DNA of 64,000 nt. Origin: Desulfotomaculum sp. Its GTDB lineage: Bacteria > Bacillota > Desulfotomaculia > Desulfotomaculales > Nap2-2B. The notes under the pieces were generated by a model. It ran no database searches. It had not been told where the DNA came from and was given only the letters and a program-made list of their open reading frames with translations. The stretch is taken from NCBI GenBank assembly GCA_003513005.1, contig DOTD01000072.1, forward strand, positions 16,108-80,107, read 5' to 3'. This document shows, piece after piece, positions 10,252 through 19,704 of this stretch. The stretch's first letter is position 1. Every line of letters starts with the position of its first letter. The translations under genes were made by a program, and so were the position numbers.

Positions 10252-11254
10252 TAATATTCCTACCTTTGTATTGAATTCTGTGAATGCTGTTTTGTATGGC
10301 CGATGTTAAATTTTTTTGCACAGATTCACGTGCAAAACGGATGGCATTCTTTATAGCCCGGGAAGTGGAACTCCCGTGACAAACAATAATCAGCCCGTTC
10401 AAGCCCAGTAATGGGACTCCGCCGTACTCTGCATAATCCAGCCTTCTTTCAAAATTGCGGAGAGCTGACATTGACATGGTGAACCCCGCCCTGCTAATCC
10501 AATCTTTATTTGTTTCATCTTTCAACATTTGCATAAAAGCGGCGCCGATTCCTTCAAGAGCTTTTAGGACTACATTTCCGATAAAACCGTCACAGACAAC
10601 AACGTCAACTGTGCCCTGACAAATGTCTCTTCCTTCAACATTGCCGATAAAATTAAGATCAGCCTTTTGGAGCAGCGGGAAAGCGGCTAAAGTAAGCTCG
10701 TTGCCTTTCGTAACTTCTGTTCCGATATTTAACAATCCCACCCGCGGGTTTTCTATACCCATTACTTCCTGAGCATAAAGGCGCCCCATGATAGCAAACT
10801 GGAGAATATGAACAGGTTTGCAGTCGACATTGGCGCCGGCGTCCAGGATCATGGCGCACCCGCCTTTACTGGGCACCACTGCGGCAAGAGCAGGCCGGTC
10901 AATGCCCTCCATTAGACGGATCATTAATACGCCTGCAGCCATTAAAGCTCCTGTATTTCCCGCTGAGACAACAGCCGAGGCCGCGCCTTCCTTGAGCAGT
11001 TTAATGACCTGGACTATTGAAGAATCCTTTTTCCTTCGTACAGCAACTGCGGGAGACTCGGACATAGAAATGACTTCGGGCGCATGATGGATAGCCACAA
11101 GCTTGCCCGGATATCCATCAAGTTCTTTTTGCAGCCTCTCTTGGTCACCTACCAGAATAATTTCCTGGTTATACTCCTGAGCGGCTTGTACTGCGCCTTT
11201 GACAATCTCTCCGGGAGCATTGTCGCCACCCATGGCGTCAACGGCAATTTTCAA
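10241..11254 (-). CDS. plsX: Phosphate acyltransferase PlsX
   Basis: KIAVDAMGGDNAP N-terminus, 337 aa, sits between fapR and fabH. Confidence 0.95.
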   Translation of the reverse strand: MKIAVDAMGGDNAPGEIVKGAVQAAQEYNQEIILVGDQERLQKELDGYPGKLVAIHHAPEVISMSESPAVAVRRKKDSSIVQVIKLLKEGAASAVVSAGNTGALMAAGVLMIRLMEGIDRPALAAVVPSKGGCAMILDAGANVDCKPVHILQFAIMGRLYAQEVMGIENPRVGLLNIGTEVTKGNELTLAAFPLLQKADLNFIGNVEGRDICQGTVDVVVCDGFIGNVVLKALEGIGAAFMQMLKDETNKDWISRAGFTMSMSALRNFERRLDYAEYGGVPLLGLNGLIIVCHGSSTSRAIKNAIRFARESVQKNLTSAIQNSIHRIQYKGRNINVQ

Positions 11255-11268
11255 AATCGGCCTACCTC

Positions 11269-11838
11269 CTAGGCTATCGCGAAAATAAGAAATTTTCCTT
11301 GAAAAATTGTTTCATCCTGCACTTTTGAAGTGACCCTAACAATAAATTTGTTGTCTTTTTTACGGCTTATAAAAGCCCTGGCGATCACCTTCTCTCCGCA
11401 ATAAACCGGCCGTTTGAAACTTATTTTTGCTGTGCCTGTTAGAGCAACCTTGGCGTTGATCAGGGAAACGGCAAGGCAGTTTGCCTGGGCGAATATGTAA
11501 TGGCCCCTTGCTACTTTTGTGCTGCTCAAGGTCATCTCTTCAGAGACTTCCAGTACAGAAACACCTTGTCTGCCGGGTTCCAGGTCGACGAGATCGCCTA
11601 CCCATTCTTCTTTTTGTAAAGTGGATACCTGTCCGTAGCTTCCTTTGGCAACTTCCCTTAACCTCTTGCGGAGTTCGGGAATACTCAAACCCCACCGGTC
11701 CAGTCTGACTGTCTGGATACTTACACCAAGCATATGAGCAAGTTCGCTGTCCGTAAGGAATGGATTTCCCTCAATGTATCTGCAGAGAAGTTCCTGACGT
11801 TTGCTTTTCCCCGGACTTTTCATGGTAATAGATGCCAC
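11269..11838 (-). CDS. fapR: Fatty acid/phospholipid biosynthesis repressor FapR
   Basis: N-terminal HTH (LTDSELAHMLGVSIQTVRLDR) plus C-terminal hotdog-like domain, immediately upstream of plsX. Start may be the ATG at 11823. Confidence 0.85.
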   Translation of the reverse strand: MASITMKSPGKSKRQELLCRYIEGNPFLTDSELAHMLGVSIQTVRLDRWGLSIPELRKRLREVAKGSYGQVSTLQKEEWVGDLVDLEPGRQGVSVLEVSEEMTLSSTKVARGHYIFAQANCLAVSLINAKVALTGTAKISFKRPVYCGEKVIARAFISRKKDNKFIVRVTSKVQDETIFQGKFLIFAIA

Positions 11839-11854
11839 CTATGTAAAAATTACT

Positions 11855-11871
11855 TTAATACCAGATACTAA
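11855..11871 (-). promoter_or_regulatory. Candidate FapR operator (17-bp AT-rich inverted repeat)
   Basis: TTAATACCAGATACTAA: half-sites TTAATA / TACTAA are 5/6 complementary. It lies 6-22 nt downstream of the predicted -10 of fapR. Confidence 0.5.
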
Positions 11872-11876
11872 AATAG

Positions 11877-11905
11877 AGTATATCCTTTATCCCAGAAAAA
11901 AGCAA
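11877..11905 (-). promoter_or_regulatory. Candidate sigma-A promoter of the fapR-plsX-fab operon
   Basis: Minus strand reads TTGCTT, 17 nt, TATACT. Confidence 0.45.
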
Positions 11906-11941
11906 CAGAACCAAAATATTTTGATTCAAAAAATTTTTAAA

Positions 11942-11970
11942 TAAAAAACGCCTGGTAAATTTCCAGGCGG
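11942..11970 (-). terminator. Rho-independent terminator after rpmF
   Basis: Minus strand: CGCCTGG-aaattta-CCAGGCG followed by TTTTTT. Confidence 0.6.
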
Positions 11971-12023
11971 CGCTAGTCAGGTATATTAATCTCGAAGGAG
12001 GTTTTTTAAAACCCAAACACAAA

Positions 12024-12197
12024 CTATATCTTGATTACTTCCCGGGCTTTATAATAGCCGCAGGATGGACAGACTCTATGCGATAAAGTCAGTTTATGAC
12101 AATGTGGGCAACTGATCAGGTTGGGAGATTGTATCTTCCAGTTAGCCTGCCGCTGACGCCCGCGTTGTTTTGAAGATCTTCTTTTAGGGACACCCAA
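12024..12197 (-). CDS. rpmF: 50S ribosomal protein L32
   Basis: Own translation, TTG start, below the ORF-track size cutoff: (M)GVPKRRSSKQRGRQRQANWKIQSPNLISCPHCHKLTLSHRVCPSCGYYKAREVIKI. Confidence 0.85.
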   Translation of the reverse strand: MGVPKRRSSKQRGRQRQANWKIQSPNLISCPHCHKLTLSHRVCPSCGYYKAREVIKI

Positions 12198-12246
12198 TTT
12201 CCATACACCCCCTCTTAGTTTTTCTTAATGTTACTAAAACTTTATC

Positions 12247-12768
12247 CTAAAATTTTTCACCATGTCTGTCTTTGATGAATTCCCGAAGTTCAGCAAGCCT
12301 CGGGTCTATTTCTTCCTGGTTGCAGGCGCATTTTCCTATATTAAGGTTTTGACCGCAGGACGGGCATAATCCCTGGCAGTTCTGGTCACAAAGGATTTTC
12401 ATGGGCAGGGCCATGAAAAGTGATTTTAATACTTCGGGCTCTATATCAATAACCTCGTTTTTAAAGGGAATCCACTCATCCTGTAAAATTTCCTGAATTG
12501 TGACGACAGGGAAATATGTCTCTTTGAAAGGCGCTTCAACAAAAAACTCAGCCTGACTCAGGCAACGGTCACAGGGACGCTGGATAACAGCTTCAACGGA
12601 ACCTTCCGCCTGAATATTTTTTCCGGAGCTTGTGAATTCAATTTTTATATTCACCGGCACGGAGAAAGAAATTTCTTCTGTGCCGGTATTTGATAAATCC
12701 GCCTCTTTCTGAAAAAGAAAGGCTTTCCCCTCGTTGTCTTTTATTGTTTCTATGTTCACCTGAATCAT
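12247..12768 (-). CDS. yceD: YceD/DUF177 family protein
   Basis: 173 aa with Cys pairs CDRC...CPSCG, located directly upstream of rpmF as in many bacteria. Confidence 0.8.
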   Translation of the reverse strand: MIQVNIETIKDNEGKAFLFQKEADLSNTGTEEISFSVPVNIKIEFTSSGKNIQAEGSVEAVIQRPCDRCLSQAEFFVEAPFKETYFPVVTIQEILQDEWIPFKNEVIDIEPEVLKSLFMALPMKILCDQNCQGLCPSCGQNLNIGKCACNQEEIDPRLAELREFIKDRHGEKF

Positions 12769-12841
12769 TTTATTACACTCCGTTGTTTTGGCGAAACCAA
12801 TTATATAGAAAAAAAGCCTATTCTGTCAAGGCAATTATAAT

Positions 12842-12865
12842 AGGGGCGCTTTTAAAAGCGCCCCT
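12842..12865 (-). terminator. Possible terminator hairpin after the SASP gene
   Basis: Perfect 24-nt palindrome AGGGGCGCTTTTAAAAGCGCCCCT. The downstream T-tract is weak. Confidence 0.4.
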
Positions 12866-12873
12866 ATATGCCG

Positions 12874-13065
12874 CTAGTATCCTCTTGCCATGCTGCGTTC
12901 AGCTCGCTCGATAGCCAGGCGGACTAAGTTTCCACAGTTCTTTGAGGAAACGTTGCCGAAATAGCCGCCATCCCTCTGTACAACATCGGCTACACCAAGC
13001 TCTTCAGCCAACTCGTACTTCAGCCTGTCGGACATTACGCTTCTGCGCCTATTACCCATGAGCAC
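12874..13065 (-). CDS. Alpha/beta-type small acid-soluble spore protein
   Basis: 63 aa with LKYELAEELGV...GNVSSKNCGNLVRLAIE, which fits the SASP pattern. Confidence 0.8.
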   Translation of the reverse strand: MLMGNRRRSVMSDRLKYELAEELGVADVVQRDGGYFGNVSSKNCGNLVRLAIERAERSMARGY

Positions 13066-13244
13066 GCCTCCTTTTGTTTTAAGGACATCGCGGCAAGGGC
13101 AAAAATTTGATTAAAATCTTTTCATTAATAATATCGCCGGATTGGAAATAAAAAATGAGAGGTAATAATTTCGATAAAAGGCAATAAAATATTTTATGTC
13201 AAGAAAGCTGATTGGATAGTGTTTCAAGATAGTGCTTTCAATTC

Positions 13245-13273
13245 TTGACAATTACATTTAAATAGACTAAAAT
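13245..13273 (+). promoter_or_regulatory. Candidate sigma-A promoter for tRNA-Pro
   Basis: TTGACA (13245-13250), 17-nt spacer, TAAAAT (13268-13273), about 10 nt before the tRNA 5' end. Confidence 0.55.
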
Positions 13274-13283
13274 TTTTATATAA

Positions 13284-13361
13284 CGGGGCGTAGCTCAGTT
13301 TGGCTAGAGCGCTACCTTGGGGTGGTAGAGGTCGCACGTTCAAGTCGTGTCGCTCCGACCA
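13284..13361 (+). tRNA. tRNA-Pro (anticodon GGG), CCA encoded
   Basis: Manual cloverleaf: acceptor CGGGGCG/CGCTCCG, D-arm GCTC/GAGC, anticodon stem CTACC/GGTAG with loop TTGGGGT, T-arm GCACG-TTCAAGT-CGTGT, then ACCA. Confidence 0.9.
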
Positions 13362-13391
13362 ACAGAGAGTATATTGTCAAAGCTTTAGAAG

Positions 13392-13427
13392 AAAACCTAT
13401 CTTTTTACAAGATGGGTTTTTCTTTTA
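13392..13427 (+). terminator. Rho-independent terminator after tRNA-Pro
   Basis: AAAACCTATCT-ttttaca-AGATGGGTTTT followed by TCTTTT. Confidence 0.6.
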
Positions 13428-13545
13428 AGGACCGTGTAAAACGCCGGTTTTCTTACGTTTAAGTGACACACTTTTTTTATGTGTTGGTAACATAGCCATA
13501 TACACCCTCATACTCTGGTAATAAATAATTAAGGGGGGTTTTATC

Positions 13546-13638
13546 ATGGGTTTTGGATGCGGCATCGGTTGTGACACGGGTTCCGGAAGCGGAGCGTTTA
13601 TTATTTTCTTAATCTTAATTCTTCTGGTTTCCCCTTGA
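13546..13638 (+). CDS. 30-aa Gly/Cys-rich peptide with hydrophobic tail (YjcZ-like tiny sporulation membrane protein?)
   Basis: Own ORF with strong RBS (AAGGGGGG, 7 nt upstream): MGFGCGIGCDTGSGSGAFIIFLILILLVSP. Confidence 0.45.
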   Translation: MGFGCGIGCDTGSGSGAFIIFLILILLVSP

Positions 13639-13683
13639 AAAAAAATGGCAAATATATAAATTTACTGCCATGTAGAGATAATC

Positions 13684-14700
13684 GGACTCAGTGTCAACGG
13701 TTCGGGAAGGCAGATTGCCGGGCTTCATGCCCTAACTAAGAGTGTTTACAAAGAAAAGCTGCCGTAAAAAAAGATTTTTGTTATCCTGTCAACCTGGCAT
13801 ATGAATATTTCAAGGAATTAACAAGGATTAATCCGGATTACTGCAAGAGAATAGGAGACAAGTTTCTTGAGGAATTAGGAGAGACCGGAGAAAAGGCGAT
13901 TGTTCTATTTGGAAGGCCCTATGATGCCTTGGTTGAAGATGGAAACATGGGCATACCTGAGAAACTGGCTTCCAGAGGGTATAAGGTGATCCCGTACGAT
14001 TTTCTGCCGCTCGAAGAGGAACCCCCGCAGCAGAAGATGTACTGGTCAATGGGACAGATGATCCTGAAGGCTGCAAAGCTGGTCAGCAGGCGCCCGCAGC
14101 TCTTTGGCACGTTCGTCACCAACTTCAGCTGCGGACCCGATTCGTTCATTATGAGTTACTTCAGGGACATTATGGGGAGCAAGCCGTCGTTGACTCTGGA
14201 GTTGGACAGCCATACAGCGGACGCCGGCATCGATACCCGAATAGATGCTTTTATAGACGTGATCAGAAACTATGAACCTGAAAGAAGAGCCGTCATCAGT
14301 GACGAAGGGATTATGGCTGTGTTTGATGAAAGGAGAAAAAAGATCAGGAGTGTTTCCGGTGATCATATTCCTCTCAGAGATCCCAGGATCAAGATCCTGA
14401 TTCCATCAATGGGATATTCGGCAACCAGGTGCTTTGAGGCAGCCTTCAGGCACATCGGTATTGATGCCGTTGCTTTGAAACCGCCGGCGGAGGAAGAGCT
14501 TCAGTTGGGCAGAGCCAATTCCAACTGCAAGGAATGTCTGCCGTTGGCCCTTACTGTGGAAAGCCTGCTCAACTATCTGAAGAAAAACGGCAATGAAATC
14601 AAAGATGGAATATATGCGTACTTCATGCCTGAAGCCCCGGACCCGTGCCGGTTCAGCCAGTACCATGTATACACTGAGAACCTGTTACTACAGAAAGTTA
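13684..14700 (+). pseudogene. Remnant of a large CoA-substrate-specific enzyme activase (BadF/BcrA-type ATPase plus DUF2229-like region)
   Basis: Short ATPase-like piece (VNGSGRQIAG) in one frame. DFCYPVNLAYEYF...FVTNFSCGPDSF...LELDSHTADAGIDTRIDAF...PCRFSQY in another. No N-terminal ATPase domains, and the C-terminus is lost under the convergent gene. Confidence 0.6.
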
Positions 14701-14804
14701 CTTCAGAAGAAAAATTGAACAAGAGGTCAAGTCGATCTTGTCGAAATCCAAATGCTTTTGCATACTATTTAATCTGCTCCAAATACCGGCAGATGCACAG
14801 CAGA

Positions 14805-16121
14805 TTATTCGGTTTCTTGATTTGCCGGCACAGCATGGCTTACATCAGGGGCTTTAAATGGCTTGCCGAAATCAAATAAATACATTTCACCTTGCATATA
14901 CATATCCATTGTCATTTCTTGGGGAATTTCTTTATCAGGATTTTCTTCTATTTGAACGCTTTCAGAATCAATTCCCAGTTCGGCAATATCAGCATAAGTA
15001 AGGCTGATGTTTATATGAGCGTCATAGTCAACGAAATCGCTGATCAGTGTCTTTTTATTTATAAAGGTTGTCAGATAATAATCTATATCCATTTTGTTCT
15101 TTAGTATTTCTATAATGCTGCTTAACTGTTCAGGATCTGCTTCATCTTCTGGAGAAGCCAGGTCTTTTATTAGAGGATCAATCATCTCTTGAAAAATCCG
15201 GCGTAAATTGTCCATATCAAGTGTGGTATTGACGACGAAATATTCCTGACCATCAATTGTCAGGTCATTTCCAAAGTTAGGCAACATGCCCATTTCCTTC
15301 ATCTGGGATACGGCTTTTATCGGGTTGGACTGGATATTTTGCTGCTGTTGGATAAAATCCTTCATAAAAGTCATTTCCATTACGGACCATTCTTCTCCTT
15401 GTACTTTCATATAAATTTTATTTTCCGTCATGTATGTCTCTGTAACTATCACGTCCTCATTATCAGAATCATCGGCTGGCGTAATACTTATCTTTGCATA
15501 GCATTGAATTGGCTTTGTTTTAATCTGCCCTTCCATTGTGTATGCAATTTCAGGCGAAATACCTTCAATTTGCCCATCAAGTGACATGCCCATGATCATA
15601 TCCATATCCCCTGTCAGCGAATAAGTTTCAATACCATTAACAGCCTGGTCTGATTTGGCTAATAAATCCGCAGGCGTCATACCTTCCCTCGTTTCACTTC
15701 TCTTCAGGGCGATAAGATGTTCTGCTTCTACCCATTTAACTTCGAATCCGAACGTTTTGCACACAAAACGCAGCGGCAATAACAGCCCCTCTTCCGTATC
15801 AATAGGGGCTGCGGGTAATAAAACCGGCTTGCTGTTGAGGGTAGCTTCTTTTTTCCCTGTCGTAACGATCAGGGTATCGCTGTTTTCTGAAAGTTTAAAT
15901 TCCTGGTCAGAAAGCCACTCATAATCGGCGCCGGCAAATTTATCATAATCCTGCGCAAGCACAAATATGGTTCCGTTTTCTGATATAAGGTCGGCAAACG
16001 GTACAGGATCGCCGTTCAGCTTTAACTCTACTATGTCCTCCGCAAGGGCTGCTGAAGTCATTATTAAAAACAACAGCAGTGCAATCGACACAATTATTAC
16101 CGGATTTCTTTTCAAGTACAA
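14805..16121 (-). CDS. Secreted protein with copper-amine-oxidase N-terminal (stalk) domain
   Basis: 438 aa with signal peptide (IVSIALLLFLIMTSAALA) and stalk-like LKLNGDPVPF...LLLPLRFVCKTFGFEVKW. C-terminal function unknown. Confidence 0.6.
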   Translation of the reverse strand: MYLKRNPVIIVSIALLLFLIMTSAALAEDIVELKLNGDPVPFADLISENGTIFVLAQDYDKFAGADYEWLSDQEFKLSENSDTLIVTTGKKEATLNSKPVLLPAAPIDTEEGLLLPLRFVCKTFGFEVKWVEAEHLIALKRSETREGMTPADLLAKSDQAVNGIETYSLTGDMDMIMGMSLDGQIEGISPEIAYTMEGQIKTKPIQCYAKISITPADDSDNEDVIVTETYMTENKIYMKVQGEEWSVMEMTFMKDFIQQQQNIQSNPIKAVSQMKEMGMLPNFGNDLTIDGQEYFVVNTTLDMDNLRRIFQEMIDPLIKDLASPEDEADPEQLSSIIEILKNKMDIDYYLTTFINKKTLISDFVDYDAHINISLTYADIAELGIDSESVQIEENPDKEIPQEMTMDMYMQGEMYLFDFGKPFKAPDVSHAVPANQETE

Positions 16122-16282
16122 GCACCTCCAAAATATGTTATACTTTGATTATTTCGCCACTTTATACCAAATGCCTCTTTTAGAAATATATTTAGACAAT
16201 TGTGTTAAAAATGTCAAAAAAGGATTTTTTATATAAGGTATAGAAAAGTAAGGATAACTAGCTAAGGGAGGTTATATTACCT

Positions 16283-17932
16283 GTGCCGGACAAATATTAT
16301 GAAGCGGGAGAAAACTATAAGTATCCTTTAATAGTTAAAAAGCTTCTTGTGAATCCCCTTCTTTACTCACCTGAACAAGAAATCATCTACCGGGACGAAA
16401 CCCGGTATTCGTACCGTTTTTTAAACGAACGGATCAACAGGTTGGCTGACGGGCTGAGGAGAATAGGAGTCTGTCCCGGTGATACAGTCTGCATTTTTGA
16501 CTATGATAGCCATCGCTACCTGGAATGTTTCTTTGCCGTACCTATGATGGGGGCGGTGCTTCATACTATGAACTGGCGCTTATCCCCCGATCAGATTCTT
16601 TATACGATGAACCACGCCGGGGATGATGCCGTTATAATCCACGCAGACTTCCTTCCTTTATTTGAATCTATCCAGAACGAACTCACTACAGTAAAAAGAA
16701 TTATTCTGATCCGGAACGGGGAAAATGTTCCTGAATGCAGCGTTAAGGTGGATATTGAATATGAGAATATGCTCCGGCAGGCTTCCCCTGTCTATGGCTT
16801 TCCGGATCTGGACGAGAATACGAAGGCAACCACATTTTATACGACCGGAACGACAGGACTTCCCAAGGGTGTTTACTTTTCTCACCGGCAGGTTATTCTA
16901 CACACCTTTTCCCTTGCTGTAACCTTGGGCTGCTTTGTATCCTCCGTATTTCGCTCCACAGACGTGTATATGCCGCTCACACCAATGTTTCACGCCCATG
17001 CCTGGGGCATTCCCTATCTGGCTACCCTGCTTGGAGTAAAGCAGGTCTACCCGGGGAAGTATGAACCGGGGTATATTTTAAACCTGGTAGAAAATGAGAA
17101 AGTAACCTTTTCGCACTGCGTCCCGACAGTAATGCATATGTTGATTAACAATCAGGAGGCAAAAGACAAGGATTTATCAAAGTGGAAGGTTGTCATTGGC
17201 GGCGCAGCGCTGCCCAAGGGTCTTGCCAAAGAAATCGCTTCCCTGGGAATAAAAATTTTCGCCAGTTTCGGCATGTCGGAAGCTTTTCCGGTGGTTACTA
17301 TATCGAACCTTAAAGAACATATGCAGCAATGGAATGAAGATGAGCAACTGGATGTCCTAATTAAACCCGGCCTCCCGCTTCCCTTGTATGAATTGGAAAT
17401 AGCAGATGTTTCGGGAAATATTTTGTCCAAAGACGGGGTAACGTCGGGAGAGTTGATTATGAGGGCGCCCTGGCTTACGGAAAGCTATTTTAAAGAACCT
17501 GATCGAACAAAAGAACTTTGGCGGGACGGCTGGATGCACGGCGGCGATGTAGCCGCGATTGATCAGGAGGGATATGTACAGATTACCGACAGGCTTAAAG
17601 ATGTTATCAAGTCTGGCGGTGAATGGGTTTCTTCCCTTGAGCTGGAGAATTACACAAGTCAGCATGAATCTGTTTCGGAGGCTGCGGCAGTCGGAATTCC
17701 TGATGAAAAATGGGGAGAGCGCCCCCTGGTCCTGGTGGTTTTGAAGCCGGAGTACAAAGGGAAAGTAAAGGAAGAGGATTTGAAATCTCATTTAAAAGGG
17801 TTTGTGGACAGCGGCATGCTTCCCAGGTACGGACTGCCTGATCGTGTTGAATTTATCGAAGCAATTCCTAAAACAAGCGTAGGCAAAATAAACAAAGTTG
17901 CCATAAGAGAGCTGTACACGAAATGGTCGTAA
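16283..17932 (+). CDS. AMP-dependent acyl-CoA synthetase (fatty-acid-CoA ligase)
   Basis: 549 aa with AMP-binding motif FYTTGTTGLPKGVYFSH and C-terminal IPKTSVGKINK. Confidence 0.85.
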   Translation: MPDKYYEAGENYKYPLIVKKLLVNPLLYSPEQEIIYRDETRYSYRFLNERINRLADGLRRIGVCPGDTVCIFDYDSHRYLECFFAVPMMGAVLHTMNWRLSPDQILYTMNHAGDDAVIIHADFLPLFESIQNELTTVKRIILIRNGENVPECSVKVDIEYENMLRQASPVYGFPDLDENTKATTFYTTGTTGLPKGVYFSHRQVILHTFSLAVTLGCFVSSVFRSTDVYMPLTPMFHAHAWGIPYLATLLGVKQVYPGKYEPGYILNLVENEKVTFSHCVPTVMHMLINNQEAKDKDLSKWKVVIGGAALPKGLAKEIASLGIKIFASFGMSEAFPVVTISNLKEHMQQWNEDEQLDVLIKPGLPLPLYELEIADVSGNILSKDGVTSGELIMRAPWLTESYFKEPDRTKELWRDGWMHGGDVAAIDQEGYVQITDRLKDVIKSGGEWVSSLELENYTSQHESVSEAAAVGIPDEKWGERPLVLVVLKPEYKGKVKEEDLKSHLKGFVDSGMLPRYGLPDRVEFIEAIPKTSVGKINKVAIRELYTKWS

Positions 17933-18083
17933 GCGCCACTGCTCAGATAAAGAAAAATCCGCCTGTTTTGTGTGGTAGGTCTGGCAAAAGGCGTGTCCCG
18001 AACTTTGTGTAAAGTCCAAATTGATGTAGAATAAGGAAGTATATTCAGGAGTTAATTGGCCAAGAAAGACAAGAAAAGCCTAG

Positions 18084-19216
18084 CCCATCTTTTTTATAAG
18101 CGAATATGTAACCGTTAACAAGAAGACACAGACACGCTACGTCACTCATCGTTTGGTCGAATCCTTTCAGACGGAAAAATGGCCGCGTCAAAGGATTATC
18201 ATGCATCTGGGCACACTTTGTCTGCCTCGATCGGAATGGCGCAAACTTGCTGCTTTATTGGAATCCCGGCTGGCCGGCCAGATCTCTATGTTCGAAGAAG
18301 AATACCCGGTGGTTGCGGATGCGGCAGACAAGGCGTTCGAACACTACAAGTTTGTTCAAGCCCATACAAAAGAAAGGATTACAAAAAAGGATAAACGCGA
18401 AATTATTCCTGTTGATCTGCAAAGTATTACAACTGGTTACTCCAGATCACTGGGGCCGGAGCTTGTAGCAAATACATTCTGGGAGCACTTGGACTTCGAT
18501 CAAATTCTGAAATCCGGTGGTTTTGATCAAAAACAGATCTCTTTAGCCAAAGCCGTAATTATCGGCAGACTTATAGCCCCTGCCAGTGAACTCCGGACCA
18601 GGCAGTGGCTGAGCCAGGGGACAGCCCTGGCGGAAATGCTGCCGGTTGATTTGACAAATGCCGGCAAAGACGCTTTTTATGAGATTGCCGACTTGCTCTA
18701 TACAAAGAACGGACCATCAGTACACTCCAGGAAAATCGTTTTTTAGAAGCGCTCACCAGTCTCCAAAAATCAGTTGCTGATTTAAACGGGTGTTACGTGA
18801 TTGAAACCAGCCACCAGGAGCTAACGGCAAAAGAAATATGGGAATCTCACATGACCCTGTCCAGGGTAGAAGGAGCATTCCGGTTTCTAAAAACAGATCT
18901 CGGAGTGCGTCCGGTTTATCATCAAATTGCTGAACGGACAAAAGCGAATTTACTTATTTCGGTTTTGGCTTACCACCTCCTGGTCAGTATTGAGCACGCT
19001 TTGCGCAGCCATAATGATCACCGCCGCTGGTCAACGCTTAGAGAACAATTGTCAACCCATCAGCGAAACACAGTGATCTTTACCGACGCGGACAATAAAA
19101 TTCATCATCTCCGGGTTTCCGGTATGCCGGAAAAGGAGCACTTGAAAATCTATCGTCTTCTTGGGGTAAAAGACCCCCTTAAAAGGAGGCATCAATTAGC
19201 CGGATCAAGGTTGTAG
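18084..19216 (+). mobile_element. IS4/IS1634-like DDE transposase pseudogene (no start codon, internal deletion)
   Basis: N-terminal part FFISEYVTVNKKTQTRYVTHRLVESFQTEKWPRQRIIMHLGTL lacks an ATG. Frame break at 18746-18797. C-terminal part LSRVEGAFRFLKTDLGVRPVYHQ...LLISVLAYHL. About 360 of an expected 550 or more aa remain. Confidence 0.7.
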
Positions 19217-19382
19217 TGACCAAAATAAATTAAGGAATGCTGGAGTAACAAGGATTCTGGGATTATAAATCGAAAGTTGGACTAAGGAAGTTATTGAGAG
19301 AATTGTTGACGGGGCACAAGAGATAGGCTTAAAAATGGCTTCAGCAGGTATTTTTAAGATAAATTGTACTGTTTTACTAAAG

Positions 19383-19432
19383 GCGAACATGAGCACGCAG
19401 GCAGTTGACCTCCCTAATGCAAGTATATTTCC
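19383..19432 (-). repeat. Intergenic repeat, module 1 (reverse-complement copy)
   Basis: Reverse complement reads cattagggaggtcaactgcctgcgtgctcatgttcgc, matching 25589-25643, 32595-32649 and 52410-52473. Confidence 0.8.
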
Positions 19433-19704
19433 AAAGCAGTAACAAATAAATATTGCATCAATTCTGCATTTACTCCTTGTTCCTGTAAATATTGCTATTA
19501 TAGTCCATTTTTTGGCTTAAGTTATGAAAAATCTTAAAAATCTAAAGAATAAGCCTCTTTGTCCAGCTATTGCTTTTGATGCGGCTATTAGAGCAGGTTA
19601 GCCTGTTTAAGGCTGGACTGATATAATATCTTCTAGTGAGCTTATAGAAAAGTTTACCAAATAAAATTCTGACAGGGGTCATATAATTTAAGGAAAAAAA
19701 TGAG

